Virus record (IMG/VR): IMGVR_UViG_3300045135_002615
Span: 186,001-250,000 of that record
Reading direction: 5' to 3' (one strand)
Length of the DNA: 64,000 nt
Position numbers and translations under genes: made by a program. Position 1 is the stretch's first letter. Each line of letters opens with the position of its first letter. Of this stretch, positions 38,336-47,715 are shown piece by piece. The notes beneath the pieces were generated by a model. It was given only the letters and a program-made list of their open reading frames with translations, had not been told where the DNA came from and did no database searches.

Positions 38336-40252
38336 ATGAAAGACATGATTGATTACTTTAAAACGATGATTACCCCACCTGTAGAGGATGCTCTTGTGCT
38401 CGTAGCTAAGCCTTCTGAGATTGCTTATGATGAGTATATTCAGGAGGTCTTAGAGGAGGGTGAACTCGCACCTACTAGGGAGCCTATGGTTCACGGAGTC
38501 ATCCTCTTGGAAGAGCCTACAGATGAAGAATCTAAGCAGCTACTTTCCATCTTGAAGCCAGGTGGACATGTTGTACTGATCCCTGTAGACCCGATTGGAT
38601 ACAAGGGGGTGGTCGCCCTTGAGGACACAGGGTTTGAGGTACGAGATGCAATCTTTGTAGCAGATGATCCATATACCTTTTACTACACATCTAAGGCGAG
38701 TAGAACTGAGAGAGAAGCAGGGCTTAAGTCTAAAGATGGTAGTAGAGCCAACACCCACCCTTGCCTCCACCCCAGAGCAGATGTGCTCACAGATAGAGGG
38801 TATCGTCCTATCGAAGACATTAAGATTGGCGATAATGTCTATACTTCATCGGGGACGTTCCATAAGGTAGAGTATGTCTCCCGTCATCCTTACACTAGCC
38901 CATGCCTATATGAGATCTCAGTGCAAGGAACTAACTACACAACGCTCAGTTCTGATAATCATCCTTTCTTAATCTACCGCCCCGTTCGTAAGTCTAATGC
39001 TATTGTAGGAGGCTCTGTGGGATGGGTACAAGGCTGTGATATTCGTAAGGGGGACTATACGATGACCCCTGTCTTTAAAGAGCCTGTCGAAGACTCTCCT
39101 CTATCTCAAGATTCTTATGAGGGTTGGTTTGTGTTTGGGCTATGGGTTGCTGAGGGGGTTCTCCATACTTCGGGAGGGGGGTCCAACAGATACCCTTCTT
39201 TCACAATCAACTCAGAAAAGATCGAGCTTATTGAAACGATCAAACGTGTGTATTCTTCTGTGAATGTCTCAGTCTACGAAAAGCAAGGGAACGCAGTTCA
39301 AGTGGTGGCTTTTTGTCGAGACAAGGGGGAGGAGTACTTCCGTCTAGCAGGTAAAGGGGCGGGCACTAAGTCTCTCGACCCAAGCATATGGAAACTGAGC
39401 CTTTCAGAGAGACAAGCAATCTTAGATGGTTATATGGCAGGAGATGGGTGTGTAATTCGCTCATATACTCAAGCCAAAACGGTATCGCCTGATTTGGCTA
39501 GTCAGATGAGATTACTAGCCCACTCTGTAGGTCTTAAAGCAAACCTGTTTCGTTATGAGGGGAGTGTCGGAAGGGGTATTGGAGATCGTAAGTTTAAAAG
39601 CACCCTTCCTGAACACCATCTTAGATTTTACTCTAAGAACTTGAAACAAGCGAGAGGGGGCGGTTCAAGGAAGCCGAGCCGACCCACTATTATAAACCAT
39701 GAGGGAGTTGATTTTGTACTCTCCTATATTAAGTCTGTGGTGGAAGTTCCTTATGTAGGAGATGTCGTGAACCTCTCTGTTGAAGGCGACCCTACCTTTC
39801 AGACTGCTGTAGGTATGAGTCACAATACAGTGAAGCCCATAGGGATTATGGAGTGGTGTGCTAGGGACCTTGAGCCTAACTCTAAAGTCGCAGAGCCCTT
39901 CATGGGTTCAGGTACTACGGGTATCGCCATGAGCCGTCTTGGGCACGACTTCGTGGGTATAGAGCTGAACAAAGAATATGCGGAACTCAGTGAATCTTGT
40001 ATAAGGCATTGGATGCCCATTGGCACAGAGATCAAATCTGAGGCAGATGTGGGCAAAGCAGAATCTGCTCAAGGAGGGCAGGTATCTATTTTGACATCTT
40101 CGGATAGGAGACAACAATATGACACGTTATTGTGTTGCAACAGGAGAGAGTGCCAAGAGAGCCTTCTTGAAGGCAAAGGAGGAGAACCCTTTCCTAGACC
40201 CTTACAAGGCTTACTTCATCGAGAACTCGCATTGTGTATACAGCTTCGCTGA
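38336..40252 (+). CDS. Split methyltransferase, SAM-binding subunit C with intein; true stop probably 40107
   Basis: KAS..ER, HP|TVKP, PFMGSGTT; probable 1-nt slip at T4 (40089-40092). Confidence 0.85.
   Translation: MKDMIDYFKTMITPPVEDALVLVAKPSEIAYDEYIQEVLEEGELAPTREPMVHGVILLEEPTDEESKQLLSILKPGGHVVLIPVDPIGYKGVVALEDTGFEVRDAIFVADDPYTFYYTSKASRTEREAGLKSKDGSRANTHPCLHPRADVLTDRGYRPIEDIKIGDNVYTSSGTFHKVEYVSRHPYTSPCLYEISVQGTNYTTLSSDNHPFLIYRPVRKSNAIVGGSVGWVQGCDIRKGDYTMTPVFKEPVEDSPLSQDSYEGWFVFGLWVAEGVLHTSGGGSNRYPSFTINSEKIELIETIKRVYSSVNVSVYEKQGNAVQVVAFCRDKGEEYFRLAGKGAGTKSLDPSIWKLSLSERQAILDGYMAGDGCVIRSYTQAKTVSPDLASQMRLLAHSVGLKANLFRYEGSVGRGIGDRKFKSTLPEHHLRFYSKNLKQARGGGSRKPSRPTIINHEGVDFVLSYIKSVVEVPYVGDVVNLSVEGDPTFQTAVGMSHNTVKPIGIMEWCARDLEPNSKVAEPFMGSGTTGIAMSRLGHDFVGIELNKEYAELSESCIRHWMPIGTEIKSEADVGKAESAQGGQVSILTSSDRRQQYDTLLCCNRRECQESLLEGKGGEPFPRPLQGLLHRELALCIQLR
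38762..39826 (+). mobile_element. Intein with LAGLIDADG homing endonuclease (355 aa)
   Basis: HP|CLHP...SHN|TVKP; NHPF; FGLWVAEG and LDGYMAGDG. Confidence 0.93.
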
Positions 40253-40523
40253 GGCGTTGTTTAGCAAAGACAAGTTCTTAGGGCACACCCGTAACAAGTC
40301 CTGTAGGGCGTTAGTTCTAGAGGGTGGTGTCGGGTACTTCTTCTTCATCGACCCACCTGAGAGGACTCTTGAAGATATAGAGTCTTGTGTGGACCACTTG
40401 AATGAGAAGGATACCCCGATTACGGATCGTATCCTCAAGGGTCTAGAAGATGAGTTAGTCAAGTGTGGTATGACCCAAGAGGATGCTCTCATCAAGATTG
40501 ACGAGTTGCTCCATGATCTTTGA
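40119..40523 (+). CDS. Hypothetical protein
   Basis: AGGAG RBS. Confidence 0.65.
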   Translation: MTRYCVATGESAKRAFLKAKEENPFLDPYKAYFIENSHCVYSFAEALFSKDKFLGHTRNKSCRALVLEGGVGYFFFIDPPERTLEDIESCVDHLNEKDTPITDRILKGLEDELVKCGMTQEDALIKIDELLHDL

Positions 40524-41277
40524 GAACTCAAGGACGAGGCTACATCTTGGTGACTGCACTCAAGATAACTTTTTCACAGAGCCTTTCATCGACCTGACAG
40601 TCACATCACCTCCGTACAATCTCAGCATAGAGTATGAAGACCATGATGATGGTGGTTCTTATGGGGACTACTTGGACTTCTGCACTCAGTGGATGACCAA
40701 CTTGTACAGATGGTCTAAGCCTAACGCTAGGTTCTGTTTGAACATCCCTTTGGACATCCAGCTGGATGGTTCTCGCTTCATTAGTGGTGATTTAACACGA
40801 GTGGCACTTGAGTGTGGTTGGCATTACAGGACTTCTATCATATGGCATAAAAACCAAGTGACTTCGAGGACTGCATGGGGTAGTTGGATGTCTCCAAGTG
40901 CTCCAATGGTGATTGCTCCTGTTGAGATGATCCTTGTGTTCTACAGAGATGATTGGAAGAAGCCCGATTTAAACGGATTGGGTACTGATCTCAGCAAGGA
41001 AGAGTTCATTAAATGGACAAGTGGGATGTGGTCTATGGCTACGGAGTCTGCGAAGCGTATAGGACACCCTGTACCCTACCCCATAGAGCTACCCCATCGT
41101 TGTATCAAAATGTTCAGTTGGATCGGGGATACTGTATTTGACCCATTTGCGGGGTCTGGGACGACCCTCATCGCCGCCCACAATTCTAAGCGAGACGCAG
41201 TAGGCGTTGAGCTTTCCAAAACTTATTTTGATCTTGCTGTGGAGCGTTTCTCTAAAGAGTGCTTCACGTTGCTTTAA
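40513..41277 (+). CDS. DNA amino-methyltransferase, beta class
   Basis: TSPPY, TAWGSWMSPSAP, HPVPYP, DPFAGSGTT. Confidence 0.92.
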   Translation: MIFENSRTRLHLGDCTQDNFFTEPFIDLTVTSPPYNLSIEYEDHDDGGSYGDYLDFCTQWMTNLYRWSKPNARFCLNIPLDIQLDGSRFISGDLTRVALECGWHYRTSIIWHKNQVTSRTAWGSWMSPSAPMVIAPVEMILVFYRDDWKKPDLNGLGTDLSKEEFIKWTSGMWSMATESAKRIGHPVPYPIELPHRCIKMFSWIGDTVFDPFAGSGTTLIAAHNSKRDAVGVELSKTYFDLAVERFSKECFTLL

Positions 41278-41324
41278 TACCTTTTTTATGAGTCTCTCCT
41301 GTTAAAGTTGAGGAGGTTTCTGAC

Positions 41325-43325
41325 ATGGACTTTTTAGTACACCCATATAGGTTTAGACGGGTTAGGTTGGCATCGGCTCACTTGAGCCATGCTCATTTGG
41401 TGAAGATAGCCAAGTACCAGTACAAGGTCGCTGAGAAGATGGACCTTGAGACCAAGTTTGAGGAGACAGACCCTTACACGGGAGAAGTCCCGACAAGCAA
41501 GAAATTCTTTAACCGTCTGACATGGCTCAACAACATTGCACAAATGGGAGCTTATGCGTTCATCTCGGATCTTACAGGTCCTATCAGCAGGTTGCTCAAT
41601 AGCTTAGTGAACATGTTATTTAGGTCACCTGTACTCAACTACTTCCTCGCGGGTCACTTTCAAGATGTCAAGGACAGGGCGGTTATCCTTGCTATCAAAA
41701 GTTTTAAGAGGGGTATGGCGTATCGAGATAATGCTGAAAAGTATGATCGCATGGAGTTTGATTACTTCAAAGAGCAAGGGTTTGATGCAAAGGTTGTCAG
41801 TAATCCTGTTCCATACACTCCCTCTCTATACAAGCGAACTAGAGACATCATTAAAACATATAGTCCGCCTAAAGAGAAGGTTGTCCCATTCTTCAGGATG
41901 GAGGTTAAGATTAAACCCAAGCAGAAGTCTTATAAGGACTTACCTCCACTTCCTGGTTTCGACAGGGGTAAGCTCCCGCCGACTTTCTCTGCTAAGAAGG
42001 GCGTTATGTATGAGTTCTTTTTATTGGGGTATTGGAGAGCCCATGAAAAGAGATCAAGGCAATACGAAGAGGAACTTAAGAAGAATGGTTTAGATGGTGC
42101 GAGGATTCAATTTGAAGACTCTAAGATGTCTGAGGCGGATCGTAATCTGGTTGTTGATCGCGTTAATCTTGAGATTGATTCAAAGCTCACATTACACTTC
42201 TTCAAGGATACTTTATTTGGTCTTGTGACCGACCCGTTGTATCTTCGTTCTATTGCTGTGAAAACGTGGAAGGCTGTCTATGGGGGTCTTCCTAGGAAGA
42301 CACTATGGCAGAAGATAAAAGACGGGGTGAAAGGGGCTCTTACTGCTTTCCTCTCTTATGGCATCACTGCTATTGTTAAATGGAAGATCGGCGGTGCATT
42401 TGTAGGCTTTTACGCGGCGACCTCTTTATTCGGGTATTCAGGTAAGGCGTTGGCGTTTTGGCTACTAGGGGGTATTCCTTTCACCTATCTTGCAACTAAA
42501 GCAGCGTACCTCTTTAGGGAGTTCGCATCTAAGCATATACTCAAGGATTATGATGCTCTTTTAACTCTCCTTGCAGAAGAGATCACAGATGCTGATGTGG
42601 ATGTGAGGCAAGGACTTGAGCGTATCCGTGCTCTTAACAGGAACAAGTTGGTTGCAGAGAGAGACCGAAAAAGAGATCAAGCTCGCTTCAAGGCTATCAT
42701 AGAAAAGAAGGAGGAGGGGCTTAAGAAGAAACCTGTAAATCTTCGTGATTTCACCTTGCGTACCATGACTACAGAGGAGAAGCGTGAATATAATGGGTTG
42801 GTGGGTACACAAAAAGAAGAGTACCTACAAGCACTCATGGACAAAGTACATCGTGAGCTTTTAAACCAAAAAGAGTTTGAGGAGTCCTCTTTAGAGGAGG
42901 ACTATATAGAATACAGGGAAAGGGTCCTCAATCAAAAGAGGGAGGTGGGGATGTATGTTGAGGAAGAGATTGAAAAAGCTCGTGGTAAGTACTATGGTAA
43001 GTTGCAGAGACAGTTGAATAAGCAGTTGCTAAAACTAGAGCAGCTTGAGAACAGCCCTAAAAAGTTGACCTCAGAGGTAGCTAAAAGAAGACGTGAGAAA
43101 CGCATAGCTCAGCTCAAGGCAGATATTGAAGAGACTCGTAACGAGCTTCTTAGGTTCGAGAGAGAGCAGACTCTTCCCCCAAGTGTTGTTGGGAAAATAT
43201 GGGACAAAGTAAAGAGCTCGGTAGGTGAGGTTCTCCCTGATGCCCTAAAACCCACTGAGCTAGAGGATCTCATACACAAAGGCGACACTGTCTATGAGTT
43301 TAAAGACACAGACAGGAACTCTTGA
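41325..43325 (+). CDS. Putative virion protein with central hydrophobic helices and C-terminal coiled coil
   Basis: RLAS/KIA/KVA leader; motif at 41277-41289; paralogue of 43884. Confidence 0.75.
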   Translation: MDFLVHPYRFRRVRLASAHLSHAHLVKIAKYQYKVAEKMDLETKFEETDPYTGEVPTSKKFFNRLTWLNNIAQMGAYAFISDLTGPISRLLNSLVNMLFRSPVLNYFLAGHFQDVKDRAVILAIKSFKRGMAYRDNAEKYDRMEFDYFKEQGFDAKVVSNPVPYTPSLYKRTRDIIKTYSPPKEKVVPFFRMEVKIKPKQKSYKDLPPLPGFDRGKLPPTFSAKKGVMYEFFLLGYWRAHEKRSRQYEEELKKNGLDGARIQFEDSKMSEADRNLVVDRVNLEIDSKLTLHFFKDTLFGLVTDPLYLRSIAVKTWKAVYGGLPRKTLWQKIKDGVKGALTAFLSYGITAIVKWKIGGAFVGFYAATSLFGYSGKALAFWLLGGIPFTYLATKAAYLFREFASKHILKDYDALLTLLAEEITDADVDVRQGLERIRALNRNKLVAERDRKRDQARFKAIIEKKEEGLKKKPVNLRDFTLRTMTTEEKREYNGLVGTQKEEYLQALMDKVHRELLNQKEFEESSLEEDYIEYRERVLNQKREVGMYVEEEIEKARGKYYGKLQRQLNKQLLKLEQLENSPKKLTSEVAKRRREKRIAQLKADIEETRNELLRFEREQTLPPSVVGKIWDKVKSSVGEVLPDALKPTELEDLIHKGDTVYEFKDTDRNS

Positions 43326-43813
43326 ATCTTCTCTTTAGAGACAGATTTATTATTCTTGATCAGTTCAAGCACCTGCCCTCTAAACACAAGGAGAGGTGAG
43401 AAGGTGTCTTCAAGCACGGATGCCCGGAGCCCGTGCTTTTTTATTAGCTCAGTGGCAATCTGCACCGCCATCCTCGCTTCAAGTGTCTTTAACATCTCTG
43501 TGACACTGGTTGTCACAGAGAAAAGACCATCCCCCCATACGATTTTCGCGTCTTGCCCATATACGACTTCTAGCGTCTCAGGGTTGAGTTCTCCTTCGAG
43601 TAAAAAGTTTTGCTCCTTGAACAAGACCCAAGATTCGACCTTGAAGTCATCATATATCTTGGACTCGACATAGTCCACTCTAGGGATACGAGATAAGCTC
43701 TTTGACAGGAGACCTTCTAGGTCAAGCCCTATCGCTTGAAGGACTCTTGCCTTAAGCCCCCCGCAAACTAGTGAGGGTGTGCCATTCTTTTTTGTGATGT
43801 ATTTAGCTTTCAT
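43292..43813 (-). CDS. Hypothetical protein, paralogue of 44998-45642
   Basis: GGAGG RBS before MKAKYI; shared VL[FY]K...LL.G, EA..A, HG..VLE..F.P. Confidence 0.7.
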   Translation of the reverse strand: MKAKYITKKNGTPSLVCGGLKARVLQAIGLDLEGLLSKSLSRIPRVDYVESKIYDDFKVESWVLFKEQNFLLEGELNPETLEVVYGQDAKIVWGDGLFSVTTSVTEMLKTLEARMAVQIATELIKKHGLRASVLEDTFSPLLVFRGQVLELIKNNKSVSKEKIQEFLSVSLNS

Positions 43814-43883
43814 GTGACCTCCATATTTTTTAGTTCTCTTATACACTGAATCTTGTTAATGGGGTCTAACAAGGAGTATTAAC

Positions 43884-44993
43884 ATGAACTTTCTACTACC
43901 ACACTCTGAGTATGTTAAGAGAAGGTATGCCTCAAAGCATATGCCAACTAGACAGATGTCCTTAATCGCTGTAGCTCAACTTAAGGGTCTAGACCGTCAA
44001 GCATCTATTATAGATGACCTGAAACAGTTTAATCTAGGTGCTTGGTGGGATAAAAAGTACGAAGAACTCTCAGAGAAGAAAAAGAGATGGCTCGAAAACG
44101 TATCGTTTGAAGGCATTGAGTTCATAGAGACAATCAAGAAGCCCTTTGTGACGACTTTGATTAAGACGATATCCTCTTTTATGACGGGACCTGCGTTGAA
44201 CTGGGTTTGGAAGGGAGTTTATGAGGCAGTCGCAACAAGATTGTTCCCCATTTGTCAAGATAGCTTTAGGGCAGGGGCCGTCTATAGAATAGAGATGGGG
44301 ACTACTATAAGGGTGAACGCATCTGAGTTAAGATCTCAAAAAATAGCCTACGACTATTGGAAGATGGGTTGGGACGACGCAAATAAAGTCCTATCCAAAG
44401 GTCACCCTATGAGAGCTTCTCAATATGATAAACTCTCAAAGAGACAAGTGCGAGATATTGAGTCAAGGCTCATCAGGGAGATCAAGGAACTCTTCCTAGT
44501 ACACTTCGTTAACAACATAAAGTACAACTTCGTTGATAACCCTCTTGGTGTTTGGAAGATGGTTAAGCACAACTGGCTCAAGGAGAAAGCTAAAGGGAGG
44601 GGTTTCTTTTCAAAAGTGATCGGGGTGCTACCAGGTATCGTTTTTGGTCTTTTTAAACTTGCAGCATGGTTTATCTTCTCTAAGGTGCTCGCCGCAACAG
44701 GAGGTGTACTAGGCGTTATTCTCTTGATAGGTAAGACCGTCACAAGTTTCTTGATCCCAACTATCCTACACTATATTACGGACGCTTGGTCTAAGTTCAG
44801 GTATGGTGAAGCTGTCTCTGAAGATATTAAGAAAGAGAAGTTTGACTCCGAGAGTAAAATGAAGCTTCAAAAGAAGATCGAGGAGAAGGCACTAGAAGAA
44901 AGAGGTCAGTTGTTTGACAAGGTGAAATCAAAAGCAGTTGGCTTTTGGAGTGGTGAAGAAGTTCACCCTAATGCCCCACTTAACGAAGATTAA
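43884..44993 (+). CDS. Putative virion protein with hydrophobic helices, paralogue of 41325
   Basis: M[ND]FL leader, RYAS, RQAS, SF..G, G[YW]W/YW..GW, hydrophobic block. Confidence 0.75.
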   Translation: MNFLLPHSEYVKRRYASKHMPTRQMSLIAVAQLKGLDRQASIIDDLKQFNLGAWWDKKYEELSEKKKRWLENVSFEGIEFIETIKKPFVTTLIKTISSFMTGPALNWVWKGVYEAVATRLFPICQDSFRAGAVYRIEMGTTIRVNASELRSQKIAYDYWKMGWDDANKVLSKGHPMRASQYDKLSKRQVRDIESRLIREIKELFLVHFVNNIKYNFVDNPLGVWKMVKHNWLKEKAKGRGFFSKVIGVLPGIVFGLFKLAAWFIFSKVLAATGGVLGVILLIGKTVTSFLIPTILHYITDAWSKFRYGEAVSEDIKKEKFDSESKMKLQKKIEEKALEERGQLFDKVKSKAVGFWSGEEVHPNAPLNED

Positions 44994-44997
44994 AACT

Positions 44998-45642
44998 TTA
45001 GGAAGCTAAGAGCTCTTTTACAATTTGGTCGCAGGTAAGAGATCCTCTCTTCATGTCTACAAGGCTAATCTCAACCATGCGACCGTCCAAGAAAACTCTC
45101 AATCTAGGTCGGAATGGATGCTCAAGTACCATCTCACCACCTACTGCCACACCATGTCTTTCTAAGCGGCTCTTTATTTTATTAAACTGACTACTTGCTC
45201 TCTCCATAGCTATTTGAGCTTCAAAGTGTAATGTAAACAGTTTTTGTGTTCTACTTAAAGTCAAAGACCCTGAATCTAATGTGTGGGTGAGTACCATGCC
45301 CTTCACTCCGAAATCGACATGGACATCACCTCCTTCATTGGGTTGGCACACCTTACCTGCCAAAAGTATCGTGTGTCCCTTGTACAGCACTTTAGCGGAC
45401 AGGTGAAAGTTCTTGTCGTTCACTTTCACCTTTGCTGAATACACATCTCTTAGTGATTCCAATGTGGCTTCCACGTCACTTGCTATATCATCCCCTTTAA
45501 GAAAAAGGGGTATGTTTACAATCCCTCCCCTGTAGACTTTAAGTTCACCTTCAACATCTTTAATGTATAAGGCTGCCTTCTTCTCAAGGTGGCTGATCCT
45601 TTTTTCTAAATCATAGATTCGTTCCACAGCTGTCTTTCTCAT
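44998..45642 (-). CDS. Hypothetical protein with coiled-coil tag
   Basis: MRKTAVERIYDLEKRISHLEKKAA; AGGAG RBS; motif variant at 45680-45692. Confidence 0.78.
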   Translation of the reverse strand: MRKTAVERIYDLEKRISHLEKKAALYIKDVEGELKVYRGGIVNIPLFLKGDDIASDVEATLESLRDVYSAKVKVNDKNFHLSAKVLYKGHTILLAGKVCQPNEGGDVHVDFGVKGMVLTHTLDSGSLTLSRTQKLFTLHFEAQIAMERASSQFNKIKSRLERHGVAVGGEMVLEHPFRPRLRVFLDGRMVEISLVDMKRGSLTCDQIVKELLAS

Positions 45643-45754
45643 AGTTAACTCCTGTCTCCTATTCACTACAAGAGACCCTATAGATAATCTATCGTAAATT
45701 GGTCACCCCACCTCCGCATTGATATAAGTCCTTAAGATTACGAAAGGATATACA

Positions 45755-46372
45755 ATGCTTACACCCCAAGAGATTCTCTTTATCATCCTGTCCCTACTTG
45801 GGGCAGACAACGCTAAGGTCGATGATACAGCTAAAACCCGCATGGCTGAGCTGAGCCAAGCAATCTCTGACCATCAATCTGAGACAGTATCAGCACACAC
45901 GCTAATCGCGGTTAGCTTCGTTGAAGACCGCTTCTCCTATGACGGAGATCAAGGAGCAAACCACAAGGGTGCTTGTGGTCCTTATCAGCAGATCCCGAAG
46001 TGGGCTGCTGAGGAGGTCACTTGCTCCGACCTTGCAGACCCTCAAACTGCTACCCGTGTAGCAGTCAAGAGCATCAAATGGTTCTACAAGACCTTTGGTG
46101 AGAAGCTCGACACCCTCTGCCACTACAACGGTGGCATGGAGTGTGTTGGGGGTGCGGTTGACTACGCGGAGGATGTCAAGAAGACATACCGCAAGAGCAA
46201 GAGCCTTCTTAAGAGGTATCGCTCAAAGACACCCTCCCTCAAGACGACTATCAAGAAGGTTAAGACACGCAAAAAGAAGCGTGTCCACACCCCACCTCCA
46301 CCTACACTAGACTACGTTGGTCCCCCTCCTACCATCTATGGGGACTATGTTGGACCCCCTGACTCTATCTAA
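45755..46372 (+). CDS. Lytic transglycosylase-like exported protein
   Basis: A...VE.RF, GACGPYQ, HYNGG; basic and Pro-rich tail. Confidence 0.6.
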   Translation: MLTPQEILFIILSLLGADNAKVDDTAKTRMAELSQAISDHQSETVSAHTLIAVSFVEDRFSYDGDQGANHKGACGPYQQIPKWAAEEVTCSDLADPQTATRVAVKSIKWFYKTFGEKLDTLCHYNGGMECVGGAVDYAEDVKKTYRKSKSLLKRYRSKTPSLKTTIKKVKTRKKKRVHTPPPPTLDYVGPPPTIYGDYVGPPDSI

Positions 46373-46382
46373 GGAGCCCCCC

Positions 46383-46541
46383 ATGAAGTTCAAAATCTGC
46401 TTAGTCCTCATTCTCATCATCAAAGCGGTACTCCTCATTACCACTCTCTCACAGCCAGTGGTTTTCTCTGCTGACCTCTCAAGTGAGAAGTTCCCAGAGC
46501 CTTGCGTTGAGTTCATCCCTCAAGACCGCAAGTGTCCATAG
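46383..46541 (+). CDS. Small membrane or secreted peptide
   Basis: AAGGAG RBS; hydrophobic N-terminus. Confidence 0.5.
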   Translation: MKFKICLVLILIIKAVLLITTLSQPVVFSADLSSEKFPEPCVEFIPQDRKCP

Positions 46542-46589
46542 AAAAAAAAACTCCCCCCCCCCCTCCACTCATTAATATAAAGTAGTAAG

Positions 46590-46780
46590 AGGTAGTGGGT
46601 GAGGTTCCCTGAACCACCTTCAACTAGATGTAACATTCCTAGTTGAAGGTGGAGGGTAGAGCCCCCCCACGAGTTGACCCACCCAACTAAGTGGTCAGCA
46701 TAGAGCGTCAAGCTCACAACTTGAAACATCATAGGAGTTAATACTCCACACTAAAGGGCTCCCAATATGGGAGCTTTTAG
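46590..46780 (+). ncRNA. Candidate structured ncRNA
   Basis: Perfect 14-bp stem 46614-27/46639-52 with outer pairings, further hairpins, promoter-like motif upstream, terminator at 46751-46780. Confidence 0.5.
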
Positions 46781-46919
46781 TTTATTTAGGGTAGGGCATC
46801 CACAATGGATAAACTCATCTACCTATATGCGTCAGCGATCATTATTTCTGCTCTCGCTACTCACTACCTGCTAATCTCCCTCTTAATAAAAATCTTCTAC
46901 TGAAATCTTAAGGAAAAAA

Positions 46920-47210
46920 ATGATTTACTTTATTATTCTTGGGCTAGTCACGCTCGGCGTAGGTCTTTACCACGATGATATTCGCATCTTCTTTGGTATC
47001 TTCATCATCGGCATGACTGCGATGGCTCATCGAGCAGAGGAGGTGGTGACCTTCTCTGTGTGTGAGACCGAGGCTCAGAAGTTCGCACCTGTGGAGCGAC
47101 ACGGTCTTGAGGCTCTTAAGAAGGCTTACCCCTCACTTCAGTGTGAGGAGGTGAAACTGAGCCGAAGTGAGGCTGCCCGAATCCGCGAGGCGATCATTAA
47201 AACTCGTTGA
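46920..47210 (+). CDS. Small membrane protein
   Basis: Two N-terminal hydrophobic helices; AAGGA RBS. Confidence 0.7.
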   Translation: MIYFIILGLVTLGVGLYHDDIRIFFGIFIIGMTAMAHRAEEVVTFSVCETEAQKFAPVERHGLEALKKAYPSLQCEEVKLSRSEAARIREAIIKTR

Positions 47211-47234
47211 CAGAGGTGTGCTCCTTAGTATAAT
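47207..47234 (+). promoter_or_regulatory. Sigma70-type promoter for the tRNA region
   Basis: TTGACA-N16-TATAAT. Confidence 0.8.
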
Positions 47235-47275
47235 AGAGGTGCAGATAACGCCACCTCAAAAGAGGAACACATTCA

Positions 47276-47347
47276 GGTCCCATCGTCTAGTGGTCAGGAC
47301 ATCGGCCTTTCACGCCGAGAACACGGGTTCAAATCCCGTTGGGATCA
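47276..47347 (+). tRNA. tRNA-Glu (UUC)
   Basis: Cloverleaf; anticodon arm TCGGC-CTTTCAC-GCCGA; GGTTCAAATCC; CCA not encoded. Confidence 0.95.
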
Positions 47348-47715
47348 TTCTAACAAGCCCCTCAGCGGGCTTCTTTTTTTGGATTCACTAATGAACAAAG
47401 ATATTCGATCCCTCTCCTCCATCTTCGGAGGTCTTCCTAACTACCTCCAAAGGACAAAAGACTTCTCATGGACATGTATTGATAAGAGGGGGTATAAGGT
47501 TTCACTGTACTACACCCCTACAAAGCCAGGTGTGGTAGAGGTGTACGAGCCCCCCCTCATGGATGGGTATTAAGGTCGATTCCTTTGGGATTGGCTTTAT
47601 AGATATCTCCGATCTCCATCTTTTCTTTGAGAACAAAAACTACTAACTCTTGGAAGTGAGAGTCTGTAATAATCACTCACTTAGGGTGATTATTACTATA
47701 ACCTTTTCACATAGA

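Noticed and set aside
47167-47391. ORF overlapping tRNA-Glu
   Set aside because: Spans the promoter and tRNA; spurious
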